From positions 928,001-992,000 of the forward strand of contig CBDBMJ010000001.1 of assembly GCA_965207455.1 (NCBI GenBank): 64,000 bases of DNA. The letters run 5' to 3'. The notes beneath the pieces are model-generated. The model was not told the DNA's origin, did no database searches, and saw only the letters and a list, made by a program, of their open reading frames with translations. Positions 38,413 to 48,779 of the stretch are shown here, piece by piece. Within the stretch, counting starts at the first letter, position 1. Each line of letters opens with the position of its first letter. The position numbers and the translations under genes were made by a program. The DNA is from Bdellovibrionota bacterium (lineage in GTDB: Bacteria; Bdellovibrionota; UBA1018; CAIPTA01; JAALKR01).

Positions 38413-39606
38413 ATGAACCCAAATATTCGTAATTACTGCTATTTTCAAATTTTTTTTGGGCTACTATTTTGGATGCCTGTCTTTTATATTTTCCAAAATA
38501 AAGTTGGCATGAGTGATGGAGAAATCTTTCACATTCAAGGGATATATTATTTATTTTTTTGTTTATTAGAAATTCCTAAAAAATTAATAGTCAATCGATT
38601 TTCTTCAAAAAAAATACTATTTATAGGAACCCTAATATTAATTATATCCACAGCCATCCCCATTGGGAATTATTATTATACTATTTTCCCCACTTACTAT
38701 TCAGCCTTTCTCATCCATTTTATACTCATTGCCTTGGCACGATCTTTAGTGGATGTGGCATCTTTTTCTTGGTTATATGAATATATGAATAAAGAAAATA
38801 TTATGGACCAATACGAAGATACCCACAAAAGAGTATATTCTTTATCTTTATACAGCCGGGTTCTTGCCTGGGTTCCCATTGGCTGGTTAATCGGACTGGA
38901 ACTTACCATTCCCTATATTCTTTCTTTTATAGCAAGTATCATCGCTCTATATTTTGTTACAAAGCTTATTGAAATACCTCCAAGGAAGAAAAGCTATAAA
39001 AATAATTTTTCAAACCTAAGAATCCATGCCTCATCTCCTTGGATATGGCTTCTTTTACTCCAAAGCATGAGTGTTTTTATTGTTATGCAAATTATTTGTA
39101 CGAATCTGTACCAACCTATTTTGTACTTTAAGTCCGTTAATATAAGCACTCTGGGTTGGGGGCTTGCTTTAATGGCTATTTTTGAAATTATTGGCAACAC
39201 TCAAAGTCATACATTTTTAAGAAAAATAAAAAATAGAAACACTGTCCTTATTTTTGGAATCCTACTCCCCACTTATGTACTATTTATGCCATTTATGGGC
39301 ACTACGGGCACATTATTCCTATTGATTTTATGCTCCATGACCTACGGTTACCTCTATCCATTGATTCGAGAAATGTTAGAAAAAAGTATCAATAATTTCA
39401 ATGAGTACCAAACAATTATTACCTTTGAATCCATGGTCAATCGACTGGGCTGTGCTTTGGTTTTATTTTTAGCCTCTGGTTTTTTAAATAAAAATCACTT
39501 GCCATTATTTTTGATGATTTTTTCCTTAACTGTAATTTTAATTATTAGTATCACTTATTTAGCCATCCGTTACTATTCAAAAAATAATGCAAAGGTTCCG
39601 TTATAG
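38413..39606 (+). CDS. MFS-type transporter (divergent)
   Basis: About 12 TM segments. LEIP is retained but the usual TGxxADRxGRK motif is degenerate. Confidence 0.7.
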   Translation: MNPNIRNYCYFQIFFGLLFWMPVFYIFQNKVGMSDGEIFHIQGIYYLFFCLLEIPKKLIVNRFSSKKILFIGTLILIISTAIPIGNYYYTIFPTYYSAFLIHFILIALARSLVDVASFSWLYEYMNKENIMDQYEDTHKRVYSLSLYSRVLAWVPIGWLIGLELTIPYILSFIASIIALYFVTKLIEIPPRKKSYKNNFSNLRIHASSPWIWLLLLQSMSVFIVMQIICTNLYQPILYFKSVNISTLGWGLALMAIFEIIGNTQSHTFLRKIKNRNTVLIFGILLPTYVLFMPFMGTTGTLFLLILCSMTYGYLYPLIREMLEKSINNFNEYQTIITFESMVNRLGCALVLFLASGFLNKNHLPLFLMIFSLTVILIISITYLAIRYYSKNNAKVPL

Positions 39607-39634
39607 AGAGTATAGGATGGAGGGAGAGGGGATA

Positions 39635-41955
39635 CTACTTATCCTTCTTTGCTGTACTTTTGGCTGTAATTTTTGTAGCCTTTATTTTTCTTTGAGTATT
39701 ATTTTTCTTGCTCTCTACCTTGGGTGGCAGGGAGGCATACTCAAAATGAATTTCATTTTTCACAATGGAAAGGTCCACTCTACCACCCTTTTCCAATAAA
39801 CCAAAAAGAAGCTCTTCCACAATATTCTTTTTTATTTTTTCTTGAATAAGCCTATGAATAGGACGAGCTCCATACTTACTGTTATATCCTTTTTCTGCTA
39901 GCCATTCCCTTACTTCAACTGATGCAGAAAATACTACTGATTTTTTATTCAGCAATTGCTCCAATTCAATAAGAAACTTATCTACCACATTTAGTATATT
40001 CTTTTTCTCTAAGTTATTGAAATGTATCATTCCGTCTAAACGATTAATAAATTCAGGGGAGAATGTTCGTTTAATCACATTAATCGCTTTCCCCTTGTCG
40101 CTTGGACTAAAACCAATGGAGTTTTGAGCTTGCTCATAAGCTCCTGCATTAGTTGTCATTATGATAATACAGTGTCTGAAATTTGATTTTTTACCATTAT
40201 TATCGGTAAGAAAACCATAATCCAAAACTTGAAGCAAGATATTATTTAGGTCTGGATGGGCCTTTTCGATCTCATCTAAGAGAAGAACAGAGTGGGGATG
40301 TTTATTTATTTCTTCAGTCAATAAACCACCTTGGTCAAATCCCACATAACCCGGAGGAGCGCCAATTAAACGGGAAACAGCATGTTTTTCCATGTACTCA
40401 CTCATATCAAAACGTGCAAAATGAATCCCCAAAGCACTGGATAATTGTTTTGCTAGTTCAGTTTTTCCCACACCCGTAGGGCCTGCAAATAAAAAAGAAC
40501 TTATGGGTTTCTCCTCTGTACTTAAACCTGATTTACTTAATTTAATGGCTGAACATATTTTTGTAATAGCTTCATCTTGACCAAAAATAAGTATTTTTAA
40601 ATCCCGCTCCAGATTGCGAAGTTTATTTTTATAGTCTGTTGTTACCGACTGTAAGGGAATATTGGCTTGTTTTGCCATAATGCTTTCAATATCTTTTTCC
40701 GTAATTACCGATTTACGCTTACTTTTTGGCAATAATCTATTAGCTGATCCTGCTTCATCTATAATATCAATCGCCTTGTCTGGTAAAAACCTGTCGTGAA
40801 TATGCTTTTGAGATAACTCCACTGCCGAAGTAATGGCTCTAGTGGAATATTTCACATCATGATGTTTTTCAAAATACAGTTTTAAACCAATTAGAATTTT
40901 AACAGAATCACTCACATTGGGTTCAGAAACATCAACCTTTTGAAATCGACGGGAAAATGCCGCATTTTTTGAAAAAACATTGCGGAATTCTTGATAAGTT
41001 GTACTACCAATACATTTTAATTCTCCAGAATTGAGAACAGGCTTGAGCATATTGGAAGAATCCATTGCTCCTTCCGTGGCACCAGCGCCAATAATAGTAT
41101 GTATTTCATCAATAAATAATACGGAATTTTCATTCTGTTTTAATTCTTCAATTATTTTTTTAAATCGGTCTTCAAATTCCCCACGAAATTTTGTGCCTGC
41201 TAGGAGCGCTCCTAAATCTAGATTAAAAATAGTGATATCTTTTAAAAGAGCAGGTACCTTTCCTTGTACAATTTTCTCTGCTAAACCTTCCACAATGGCA
41301 GTCTTCCCAACTCCTGGTTCTCCCACAAGAATGGGATTGTTCTTCTTACGACGACATAGCACCTGCATAAGGCGCTCAATTTCTTTCTCTCTACCATGAG
41401 AGTGTCGATTTTTCCAGCCTTAGCCTTCAAGTTCATATTAACTGTAAATTGCTCTAAAGTGGTTTTTTGCTTTTCTAACTTGGACTCTTCGTCGTCGTCA
41501 TATACTTCTTCCTCATTAGATTCTTCTTCATATTTTTTAATTCCATGAGCAACATAACTTAATAAATCAATCTTCGATATATCTTGACGTTTTAGGAGAA
41601 AAAGCGCATAGGATTCTTCCTCATGAAACATATGAATTAAAATATCAGCACCCGTGACTTCTTCACGACTCGAATGTTGCGCATGAATCACTGCACGTTG
41701 AATAGTACGGTTAAAACTATTGGTGGGCTGAGCAGGACGATCGTTGGCTTTTTTCAATACCTCTTCATTAAAAAACTGCTCTAATTCTTCTTTTAAAACT
41801 TGATTGTTTACTCTACAGGCCTTCAAGGCCAATATGGCATCCGGATCAAAAAGTAAGGTGTAGAGCAGGTGCTCTAAGGTAACGTACTCGTGGGAACGTT
41901 TATTAGCCTCTTCAAAAGCTCGATTAATCGCTGCCTCTAGTGTGGGAGTAATCAC
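39635..41955 (-). pseudogene. clpA: ATP-dependent Clp protease ATPase ClpA, split by a 1-bp deletion near 41396
   Basis: Clp N-domain in 41281-41955 and both AAA+ modules (GEPGVGKT, GPTGVGKT) in 39635-41368. Restoring one base gives KIDTLIGREKEIERLMQVL. Confidence 0.9.
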
Positions 41956-42287
41956 GCATCCACCTCCTCTATCCTACAGCGCAAAGGAAACTCATACTTC
42001 TTTGCATGTTCCTGCACCTGATCTGCCTTGGTTTCGGCAATTTCTTTGGAATACTGACCACAAAGGCCTTTCCCTTTTTCATGTACCTGCAACATAATTT
42101 CCGTAGCCTCTAGCTCTGTCTTCTGAAAAAATACTACTAGAACATCCACCACAAAGTCCATGGGCGTAAAGTCATCATTTAAAATAAATACCCCATATGA
42201 AGAAGGTCTTGCCACCCTCTCTTTGACTGCTGTAGTTCCCTCGCTTTGGGGTCGGCTTGTTTTTTTATCGTTATGTGTCATATTCAT
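41952..42287 (-). CDS. clpS: ClpAP adaptor ClpS
   Basis: Motifs LNDDFTPMDFVV, MLQVHEKGKG and FPLRC. Confidence 0.95.
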   Translation of the reverse strand: MNMTHNDKKTSRPQSEGTTAVKERVARPSSYGVFILNDDFTPMDFVVDVLVVFFQKTELEATEIMLQVHEKGKGLCGQYSKEIAETKADQVQEHAKKYEFPLRCRIEEVDA

Positions 42288-42409
42288 ACTCAGTATACAA
42301 TAAATGCCTCAAGTACGCCATGCTTGATAAAAATAGACTGCTAATGGCCGCTTAAAAGTATTATACATTGAGCGAGAAATGGTGTATGCAACGTTTACGG
42401 TAGGTTTTT

Positions 42410-43390
42410 ATGTTTTTTGAAGGTCCAGAAAAAAAAATTGAACTCCATATTTCCACCACAGAGCCTTCTCTGCGTGGTTGGGGCTATCCCTTCTGGGAAA
42501 GCGTGGTGAAGAAGGCAAAAGCCACTGTGCTTTCTAAAATATCCAATGAAAATTGTGATGCTTATCTTTTGTCTGAATCCAGTTTATTTGTCTATGATCA
42601 TAAAGTACTAATCATCACCTGCGGCTCCACCACCTTAGTGTATTCCTTGCTAGAGGTTCTTGAGCGTATTCCTCACCACACCATAGAATTTTTATCCTTT
42701 GAGCGAAAAGATGAAAGTTATCCTCAGCTACAGGCCACAAATTTTGAAAAAGATGTGGAGATTTTACAAAAAAAAATAGATGGAAATAGTCTGTACTTGG
42801 GCAGTCCCGAGGGACGGCATATAGCACTTTTCTATTTAAACAAAACCTATTCTCCTCCCACAGAAGACATAACCATAGAGGTGCTTATGAGTGGCATTGG
42901 AGAGAACTCAAAAAAGATTTTCTCCCTAGGACCGGATGCTATTACAGCAAAAGAATTACGGAAAAAAAGTGGCTTAAATGATCTTATTCCAGGCTTTACC
43001 ATAGATGATCACCTTTTTAACCCCTGTGGTTATTCCTTGAATGCAATCCAAGGTGCCTATTACTATAGTATTCATGTTACCCCTCAAGATCCTGGATCCT
43101 ATATAAGCTTTGAAACAAATTACCCCTTTCCTGTAAAAAACAACCCATCTTCTATTGAGAATACATTGAACAAACTGTTTTCCATCTTTACACCGAAATC
43201 CTACAATCTCCTTTGTTTTCATAAAAACCCATTATTTAAAGTAGCTCAACATAAAAACTTTGAACTCCATGAAGAAATTTTAAAAAAATTAGGGTGCGGC
43301 TATTATATTCATTTTTACGACTATGCACGAACTATGGAGCTACCTGTGCAAAAAGATGTAGCTGCCTTTCAATTGGAGGAATTGTCTTGA
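42410..43390 (+). CDS. speD: S-adenosylmethionine decarboxylase proenzyme, long eukaryote-type form
   Basis: Motifs FEGPEKKIE, DAYLLSE|SSLFV, TCGST, FNPCGYSLN, HVTP and SFETN. Confidence 0.9.
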   Translation: MFFEGPEKKIELHISTTEPSLRGWGYPFWESVVKKAKATVLSKISNENCDAYLLSESSLFVYDHKVLIITCGSTTLVYSLLEVLERIPHHTIEFLSFERKDESYPQLQATNFEKDVEILQKKIDGNSLYLGSPEGRHIALFYLNKTYSPPTEDITIEVLMSGIGENSKKIFSLGPDAITAKELRKKSGLNDLIPGFTIDDHLFNPCGYSLNAIQGAYYYSIHVTPQDPGSYISFETNYPFPVKNNPSSIENTLNKLFSIFTPKSYNLLCFHKNPLFKVAQHKNFELHEEILKKLGCGYYIHFYDYARTMELPVQKDVAAFQLEELS

Positions 43391-44262
43391 AATCAAATCT
43401 CATGGTAACAGAAGTTGTTGAGGATTTTATGAAAATCAGCTATCATGCAGAAAAAATTCTTTTCTCTGATAAAAGCGAATTTCAAAAAGTGGAGATTGTA
43501 CAAACTAAAAAGTTTGGTCGTATGCTATTTAACGATAATCTTTTAATGATTTCTGAATTGGACGAACATATTTATCACGACATGATTGCCCATGTACCGA
43601 TTTTCACTCACCCCAATCCCCGATCCGTTCTTATTATTGGAGGAGGTGATGGAGGCACGCTAAGAGAAGTGCTCCGCCATAAAAATATAGATGAAGTGGT
43701 AATGGTAGAGATTGACAAAATGGTAGTGGATGCTTGCAAGAAATATATCCCACAAACATCGGCATCTATGGATAACTCGCGAGCCCAAGTGCTCATCGAT
43801 GATGGTGTGCAATACATGAGCCAAACTGAAAAACAATTCGACCTTATTATTATAGATTCCACAGACCCCATTGGACCAGCAACTCCTCTTTTTGGTAAAG
43901 AGTTTTATAAAAATGTAAATCGAGTACTAAGGGATGATGGAATTGTGGTTGCCCAAGGAGAATCTCCCCATTATTGTACAGAAATTCAACGTTCTTTATT
44001 AAAAATACAATCTGAAATTTTCCCTCTATGTCATGTGTATAACTTCACAAATTTGACCTATCCTGGTGGACTATGGAGCTTTACCCTATCATCTAAAAAA
44101 TATAGCCCTATCAAAGATGTCAGTTTTAATCGAATAGAGGAGAGTGGATTGGATTTTTCCTACTACAGCTATCTTGTACATAAAGCGAGTTTTTGCTTAC
44201 CCAACTTTATGCTAAAAAACCTTTCCGACTTCCTCACACCAGTTGAAAAAAATAAATTTTAG
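43387..44262 (+). CDS. speE: Spermidine synthase (polyamine aminopropyltransferase)
   Basis: Motifs IIGGGDGG, VEID, IIIDSTDPIGP and TYPGGLW. The TTG start overlaps the speD stop. Confidence 0.93.
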   Translation: MKSNLMVTEVVEDFMKISYHAEKILFSDKSEFQKVEIVQTKKFGRMLFNDNLLMISELDEHIYHDMIAHVPIFTHPNPRSVLIIGGGDGGTLREVLRHKNIDEVVMVEIDKMVVDACKKYIPQTSASMDNSRAQVLIDDGVQYMSQTEKQFDLIIIDSTDPIGPATPLFGKEFYKNVNRVLRDDGIVVAQGESPHYCTEIQRSLLKIQSEIFPLCHVYNFTNLTYPGGLWSFTLSSKKYSPIKDVSFNRIEESGLDFSYYSYLVHKASFCLPNFMLKNLSDFLTPVEKNKF

Positions 44263-44277
44263 GTTAGGCTATATTCA

Positions 44278-44997
44278 ATGGCAGGTCATTCTAAATGGGC
44301 AAATATTAAAAGACGTAAAGGCGATCAGGATGCCAGACGAGGTTCTATTTGGACTAAAGTAAGTCGAGAAATCACTGTTGCCACACGCATTGCTGGCAAG
44401 GACGGAAACCCTCGATTGCGAGATGCTATAGCCCTTGCCAAAACCCATAATATGCCCAAAGACACCATACAGCGTGCCATCTTGCGTGGTGCTGGAGAAT
44501 TGGAAGGCTTAGAATATGAGGAAATTACTTATGAGGGTTACGGTCCAGGTGGTGCAGCTATTTTTATTGAAACAACAACGGACAATAAGAATCGAACCAT
44601 AGCAGACCTGCGCAATATTTTTTCCAGGCATGGGGGAAATATGGGAGAAAATGGCTCCGTTTCTTGGATGTTCACAAAAAAAGGATTTTTGGAAATAGAT
44701 AAGAAAAATATAGAAGAAGAAGAATTATTTGAAATCGCCATTGACCTAGGGGCAGACGGATTTCAAAGCACGCAAAATACCTACTCCATAACTTGTGAAC
44801 CAAATAAGCTCTCCAACTTAAGGGAAGGTTTAGAAAAAAAATATGAAATTTCCAGATTTGAAATGATTGCAGAGCCGTCCACAACAGTAGATATGGAAAA
44901 AGAAGTAGTAGAAAAAATATTAAAACTTCTTGAATCACTGGAAGATCACGATGATGTACAGAGGGTTCATACTAACGCAAATTTTCCAGACAGCTAG
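44278..44997 (+). CDS. yebC: YebC/PmpR family protein
   Basis: Motifs MAGHSKWANIK, YEGYGPGG, TDNKNRT and DDVQRVHTN. Confidence 0.95.
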   Translation: MAGHSKWANIKRRKGDQDARRGSIWTKVSREITVATRIAGKDGNPRLRDAIALAKTHNMPKDTIQRAILRGAGELEGLEYEEITYEGYGPGGAAIFIETTTDNKNRTIADLRNIFSRHGGNMGENGSVSWMFTKKGFLEIDKKNIEEEELFEIAIDLGADGFQSTQNTYSITCEPNKLSNLREGLEKKYEISRFEMIAEPSTTVDMEKEVVEKILKLLESLEDHDDVQRVHTNANFPDS

Positions 44998-45000
44998 TTT

Positions 45001-46128
45001 TTATTGAGCTAAACGAATTACATTTTTTTCCACATCGATGAGCAATATGGAACAATCCTGAGGTAATCGAGAATGGGCTTGCTTTAAAGCAAAATTCAAC
45101 TCGCTAATAATTGTCTCTGGATCTTGTATCTGTATGGTTTTAAAAAAATCTGAAAACTGCTGTCCTATCCCTTCATCAAAACCATCGGATCGAATAATTA
45201 AGCGATCTGCTGGATTGAGGCAAAGAGTATTAGAGTTCAATTGTACTTCATTCACTTTTCGAAAAAGATTATTTTCTCCTTGGTGGAAATACTGTCTATC
45301 TCCATTCTCATCTTGGTGTTCTAGAAATATATTCCCACGAACCACATACTCCATATTATATGTTCTTTTATCAATCACTCCATAGAAAATAGAAAATCCA
45401 TCATTTTCTTTCATGGAATCTTGTATTGATTGATGGAGATATGAAACTGTAGCTCTTGGATCACTAAATTCTCCATTTTTGAGATTTGCGGGAAGAGTCA
45501 TCATGGAATACAAAAAAGCAGAGGACAGCCTATAACTAGAGAAATCCACAAGCAAAATACCCACATTATTTTTTCCCTTAAATTCAAAAACATCAAAATA
45601 ATCTCCTCCACTACGAAGTCCACTCCAATATTTTCCACTCACACTTAAACCATTGATAGGAGGAAAAGTATTTTTAATGAAATGCCGTTGGATTTTTTGA
45701 GCGAAAAGAATATCTTCTTCCATCTTCTGTATCACCTCAGTAATATTTTCTCCACCAATTTGATGTAATAATTTAAAATTATAATGCCAACGAATACAGT
45801 TTAGAAGCTCCAATCTTCGGAATGGGGAAGTAATAATATCATCCACAATACCTTCATTTAAAAGCAAAGGAAGGTTATCTCTATTTAAATTATCATTTAG
45901 TAATAAAAAAAATGTAGGTCGATTTTCCTTAGGTAAAAAATTACTAACCTGTTCAGCTATTCCTTCTTCTGCAATAATAATATCTGGCTTTTCTGATTCC
46001 AATTGCTCCTTCATCTTTCTAATATTCTTAGAAATTCCAATACAATTAATAGGACAATTATTTGCTAGCTTTTCTATTTCTGTATATAATTCTTCTGGAA
46101 TCACTGCTAATTTCAGTACTTCTTGCAC
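45001..46128 (-). CDS. SpoIIE/PP2C-family phosphatase with degenerate receiver-like N-terminus
   Basis: Motifs AQKIQ, SGGDYFD, SDGFDE and QDCSIL. Confidence 0.8.
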   Translation of the reverse strand: MQEVLKLAVIPEELYTEIEKLANNCPINCIGISKNIRKMKEQLESEKPDIIIAEEGIAEQVSNFLPKENRPTFFLLLNDNLNRDNLPLLLNEGIVDDIITSPFRRLELLNCIRWHYNFKLLHQIGGENITEVIQKMEEDILFAQKIQRHFIKNTFPPINGLSVSGKYWSGLRSGGDYFDVFEFKGKNNVGILLVDFSSYRLSSAFLYSMMTLPANLKNGEFSDPRATVSYLHQSIQDSMKENDGFSIFYGVIDKRTYNMEYVVRGNIFLEHQDENGDRQYFHQGENNLFRKVNEVQLNSNTLCLNPADRLIIRSDGFDEGIGQQFSDFFKTIQIQDPETIISELNFALKQAHSRLPQDCSILLIDVEKNVIRLAQ

Positions 46129-47222
46129 TATAATTTCCTCCCATAATAGAAAACAAACCTGCGATCTAATACTTCACGATAGTTTTTTGGGTCCAACTCT
46201 TCCCCATAAGTAGTAATATCAAAACTGTTATTTTTTCCATGGAATCCTATCCCACCTGACACATACCCTCTACCCAATCCAACACGAAAAGAAGTACTGT
46301 GGCGAATCTCTAACTCTAACCCTAGATTTAATCTTCGTCGTCTATCCAATCCCGTATTCTTATTTATATCTCGAAAATCGGCAACAAAATTTAGCTTTGC
46401 TTTTCTTGAAATTTTAGGCTGAAAACTAAAACCTAAATCTACTGTCCTTACTTTTATATTATGAAGACGACCCTCATTTGCTACCAAAGATAGTACTTCT
46501 GTTCTATTGAGCTTTGTATCGCCTATATTTCGCAACACAACACCCAATGCTGGCAAGCCCCTGCTAGGGAAAGTCCAAATTAATCCAGCATCCAAACCAA
46601 GACCAAAACCTTTTCTAGGGTTAACCTTGTACCCAATATTAGAAAAATCAGTAATTCGTTCATTATTTTCAGCTGCTTGGATCGCACGCACTGCTATACC
46701 CAATTTCCATATACCATTGAATAATGGCATGGATAATCCTACAGTAGGAATTAAATAGTACTTAGAGTGATAGTAAAGCTCTCCAGCTTCATTCTTAATG
46801 GCCCCAACATCTACTCTAGTTAAAATACCAAATGAAAGATAGGTACTAGAAACATTGGGATATATGGAAAAACCAGAAGAAGTGGCTTGATCCCTGTTCT
46901 CATCCAATAACGGTAAAGCTTTCTCCAAATCAAGATACTTTAAAGTATCCGCTATACCCGAATTAAAATTTAGAGATGAAAAATGAAATTGTAAATCTAA
47001 AAATGTTGAACTAGGCTTTCGGATACTTGCTAACCCTGCTGGATTATAAAACATAGCCGCTGCCGGACTATCAACAAAAGCAATACCTGCATTCCCCATA
47101 GACAATGTGCGAGCAGTTGAGTACCATTCATTATTTGCACCTGAAAAAGCAATCAATGGAGAAAAAAAGAGGTAAATAAGAAAGAAGCATCTTGCCGGCA
47201 TCATAATTATCCCCCCCCCCAT
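46128..47222 (-). CDS. Outer-membrane beta-barrel (FadL/PorV/TraF-like)
   Basis: ARTLSMGNAGIA...FYNPAGLA plug motif and amphipathic strands. Confidence 0.7.
   Translation of the reverse strand: MGGGIIMMPARCFFLIYLFFSPLIAFSGANNEWYSTARTLSMGNAGIAFVDSPAAAMFYNPAGLASIRKPSSTFLDLQFHFSSLNFNSGIADTLKYLDLEKALPLLDENRDQATSSGFSIYPNVSSTYLSFGILTRVDVGAIKNEAGELYYHSKYYLIPTVGLSMPLFNGIWKLGIAVRAIQAAENNERITDFSNIGYKVNPRKGFGLGLDAGLIWTFPSRGLPALGVVLRNIGDTKLNRTEVLSLVANEGRLHNIKVRTVDLGFSFQPKISRKAKLNFVADFRDINKNTGLDRRRRLNLGLELEIRHSTSFRVGLGRGYVSGGIGFHGKNNSFDITTYGEELDPKNYREVLDRRFVFYYGRKL
47211..47220 (-). repeat. G10 homopolymer at the start/RBS of the OMP gene
   Basis: C10 on the plus strand; minus strand reads ATG GGG GGG GGG ATA ATT ATG. 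Confidence 0.9.
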
Positions 47223-47312
47223 AATATTCCATTATCAGTGATTTTCTAAAAAAACCCCAGAAAAATAGTTTAAAGGTCAGATAAGTTCTCAGAGATACAC
47301 GGTATCTTAAGC

Positions 47313-47340
47313 TTTAGTTTAGTGTATTTGTTTCCGATAG
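47313..47340 (+). promoter_or_regulatory. sigma28-like promoter
   Basis: TTTAG-N15-TCCGATAG upstream of the HD-GYP gene. Confidence 0.6.
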
Positions 47341-47359
47341 GACATTTGAGGCTAGAAAT

Positions 47360-48040
47360 ATGAAAGCAATAAAAAATCAGAAAAGTAGGAAAACTACAAA
47401 GACCAATGTACTTGCTTTTCGAAAAGTCTCTTCTTTATTAAAAATCCAAGAGTTTTTACCAACTATACTAAGCTGCCTAGAGGAAAAAGATTCCTATACC
47501 TATGGCCATTCTCTTCGCGTAGCAGAGTATTGCACCATACTGTCTTTAGCCGTGGGATTGAGTGAAAAACAAACAAAAGCACTGCAAATATCAGCTCTAC
47601 TACATGATATTGGAAAAATTGGCATCCCTGATAGTGTGCTTCTTAAACCATCTCAACTAACAAAGTCGGAGTTTGAAATCATGAAAAGCCATCCTACTCG
47701 TGGAGCAAAAATTATGCAAAAAGCAAAGGCTCCACAAAATATCATTGATAGCATACAACAGCATCATGAACGTATAGATGGCTTAGGCTACCCGGATGGT
47801 CTCTCAGGGGATAATATCTACCTATATGCCCGCATCATACTTATTGGAGATACCTTTGACGCTATGACATCCACCCGCCCCTACCGCCTCTCTCTTAGTC
47901 ACCAAACTGCTTTTAATGAATTAAAAAAATACGCAGGCACACAATTTGATGCCAAACTAGTGCACGCTTTTATAAAAGGAATGGAAGACAGATCGCTCCA
48001 AAAGAAAGCAGAAAATCTCATAATGAAAAAAATTGCCTAA
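47360..48040 (+). CDS. HD-GYP cyclic-dinucleotide phosphodiesterase
   Basis: Motifs GHSLRV, LLHDIGK, HHERIDGLGYP and DAMTSTRPY. Confidence 0.92.
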   Translation: MKAIKNQKSRKTTKTNVLAFRKVSSLLKIQEFLPTILSCLEEKDSYTYGHSLRVAEYCTILSLAVGLSEKQTKALQISALLHDIGKIGIPDSVLLKPSQLTKSEFEIMKSHPTRGAKIMQKAKAPQNIIDSIQQHHERIDGLGYPDGLSGDNIYLYARIILIGDTFDAMTSTRPYRLSLSHQTAFNELKKYAGTQFDAKLVHAFIKGMEDRSLQKKAENLIMKKIA

Positions 48041-48087
48041 CTCTAATTATGCTATATACTGAAATCAGATATAGATAAAAGGAGGAA

Positions 48088-48774
48088 TTGGAAATGCCTA
48101 AACCCAAATTGCTAGTTGTTGGCACAGATGAAAATACAAGAAAAAATCTACTATATATCTTAGAAAAAAATTTTGAAACCATAGAAGCAAAAAATATAAT
48201 TATGGGCATTGACTACGCCCGAAACCAAAACCCAACACTCATTATTATAGATATTGTACCTCCCCATTTAGATGCCTTCAGTGCTTGTGACATGCTAAAA
48301 AAAGACTCGCAAACAAAGCATATTCCCATTATCACCCTATCCAGTAATACTAGACCAGACAATATCACAAAGGTATTTCAGCAAGTGGACGATTATATTA
48401 TCAAACCCTTTGATGTTGAAGAATTCCTTGCCCGTGTTAAAAATCGATTGCTAGTTGAAAAAAAGAAAAAAGAATCTTCAAAATCTCTTGTTGTGGGAGA
48501 TTTAAAAATTGACATCATAAAAAGAAATATTACTTTTAAAAAGAAATCTGTAAAGTTCACCCTTACAGAATTTGATATTCTATATCATTTAGTTCAAAAT
48601 ATTGGAGAAATAGTAACGAGAAGAAATATTATTAAATACGTAAAAGACAAAAGTAATAAAACAATAAATAATAGAACTATTGATGTTCATATACGAGCTA
48701 TACGGAAAAAATTACCTGAAATCTCCCAGCAATTACGATCTATCTATGGAAAAGGATATTCATATAATAAGTAA
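48088..48774 (+). CDS. OmpR/PhoB-family response regulator
   Basis: REC domain (IIID, DDYIIKPF) and winged helix (TLTEFDIL, RTIDVHIRAIRKKL, YGKGY). Confidence 0.9.
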   Translation: MEMPKPKLLVVGTDENTRKNLLYILEKNFETIEAKNIIMGIDYARNQNPTLIIIDIVPPHLDAFSACDMLKKDSQTKHIPIITLSSNTRPDNITKVFQQVDDYIIKPFDVEEFLARVKNRLLVEKKKKESSKSLVVGDLKIDIIKRNITFKKKSVKFTLTEFDILYHLVQNIGEIVTRRNIIKYVKDKSNKTINNRTIDVHIRAIRKKLPEISQQLRSIYGKGYSYNK

Positions 48775-48779
48775 TATCT

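Noticed and set aside
41281..41410. Programmed ribosomal frameshift in clpA
   Set aside because: No slippery heptamer or evident stimulatory structure at the break; a simple 1-bp deletion explains it.
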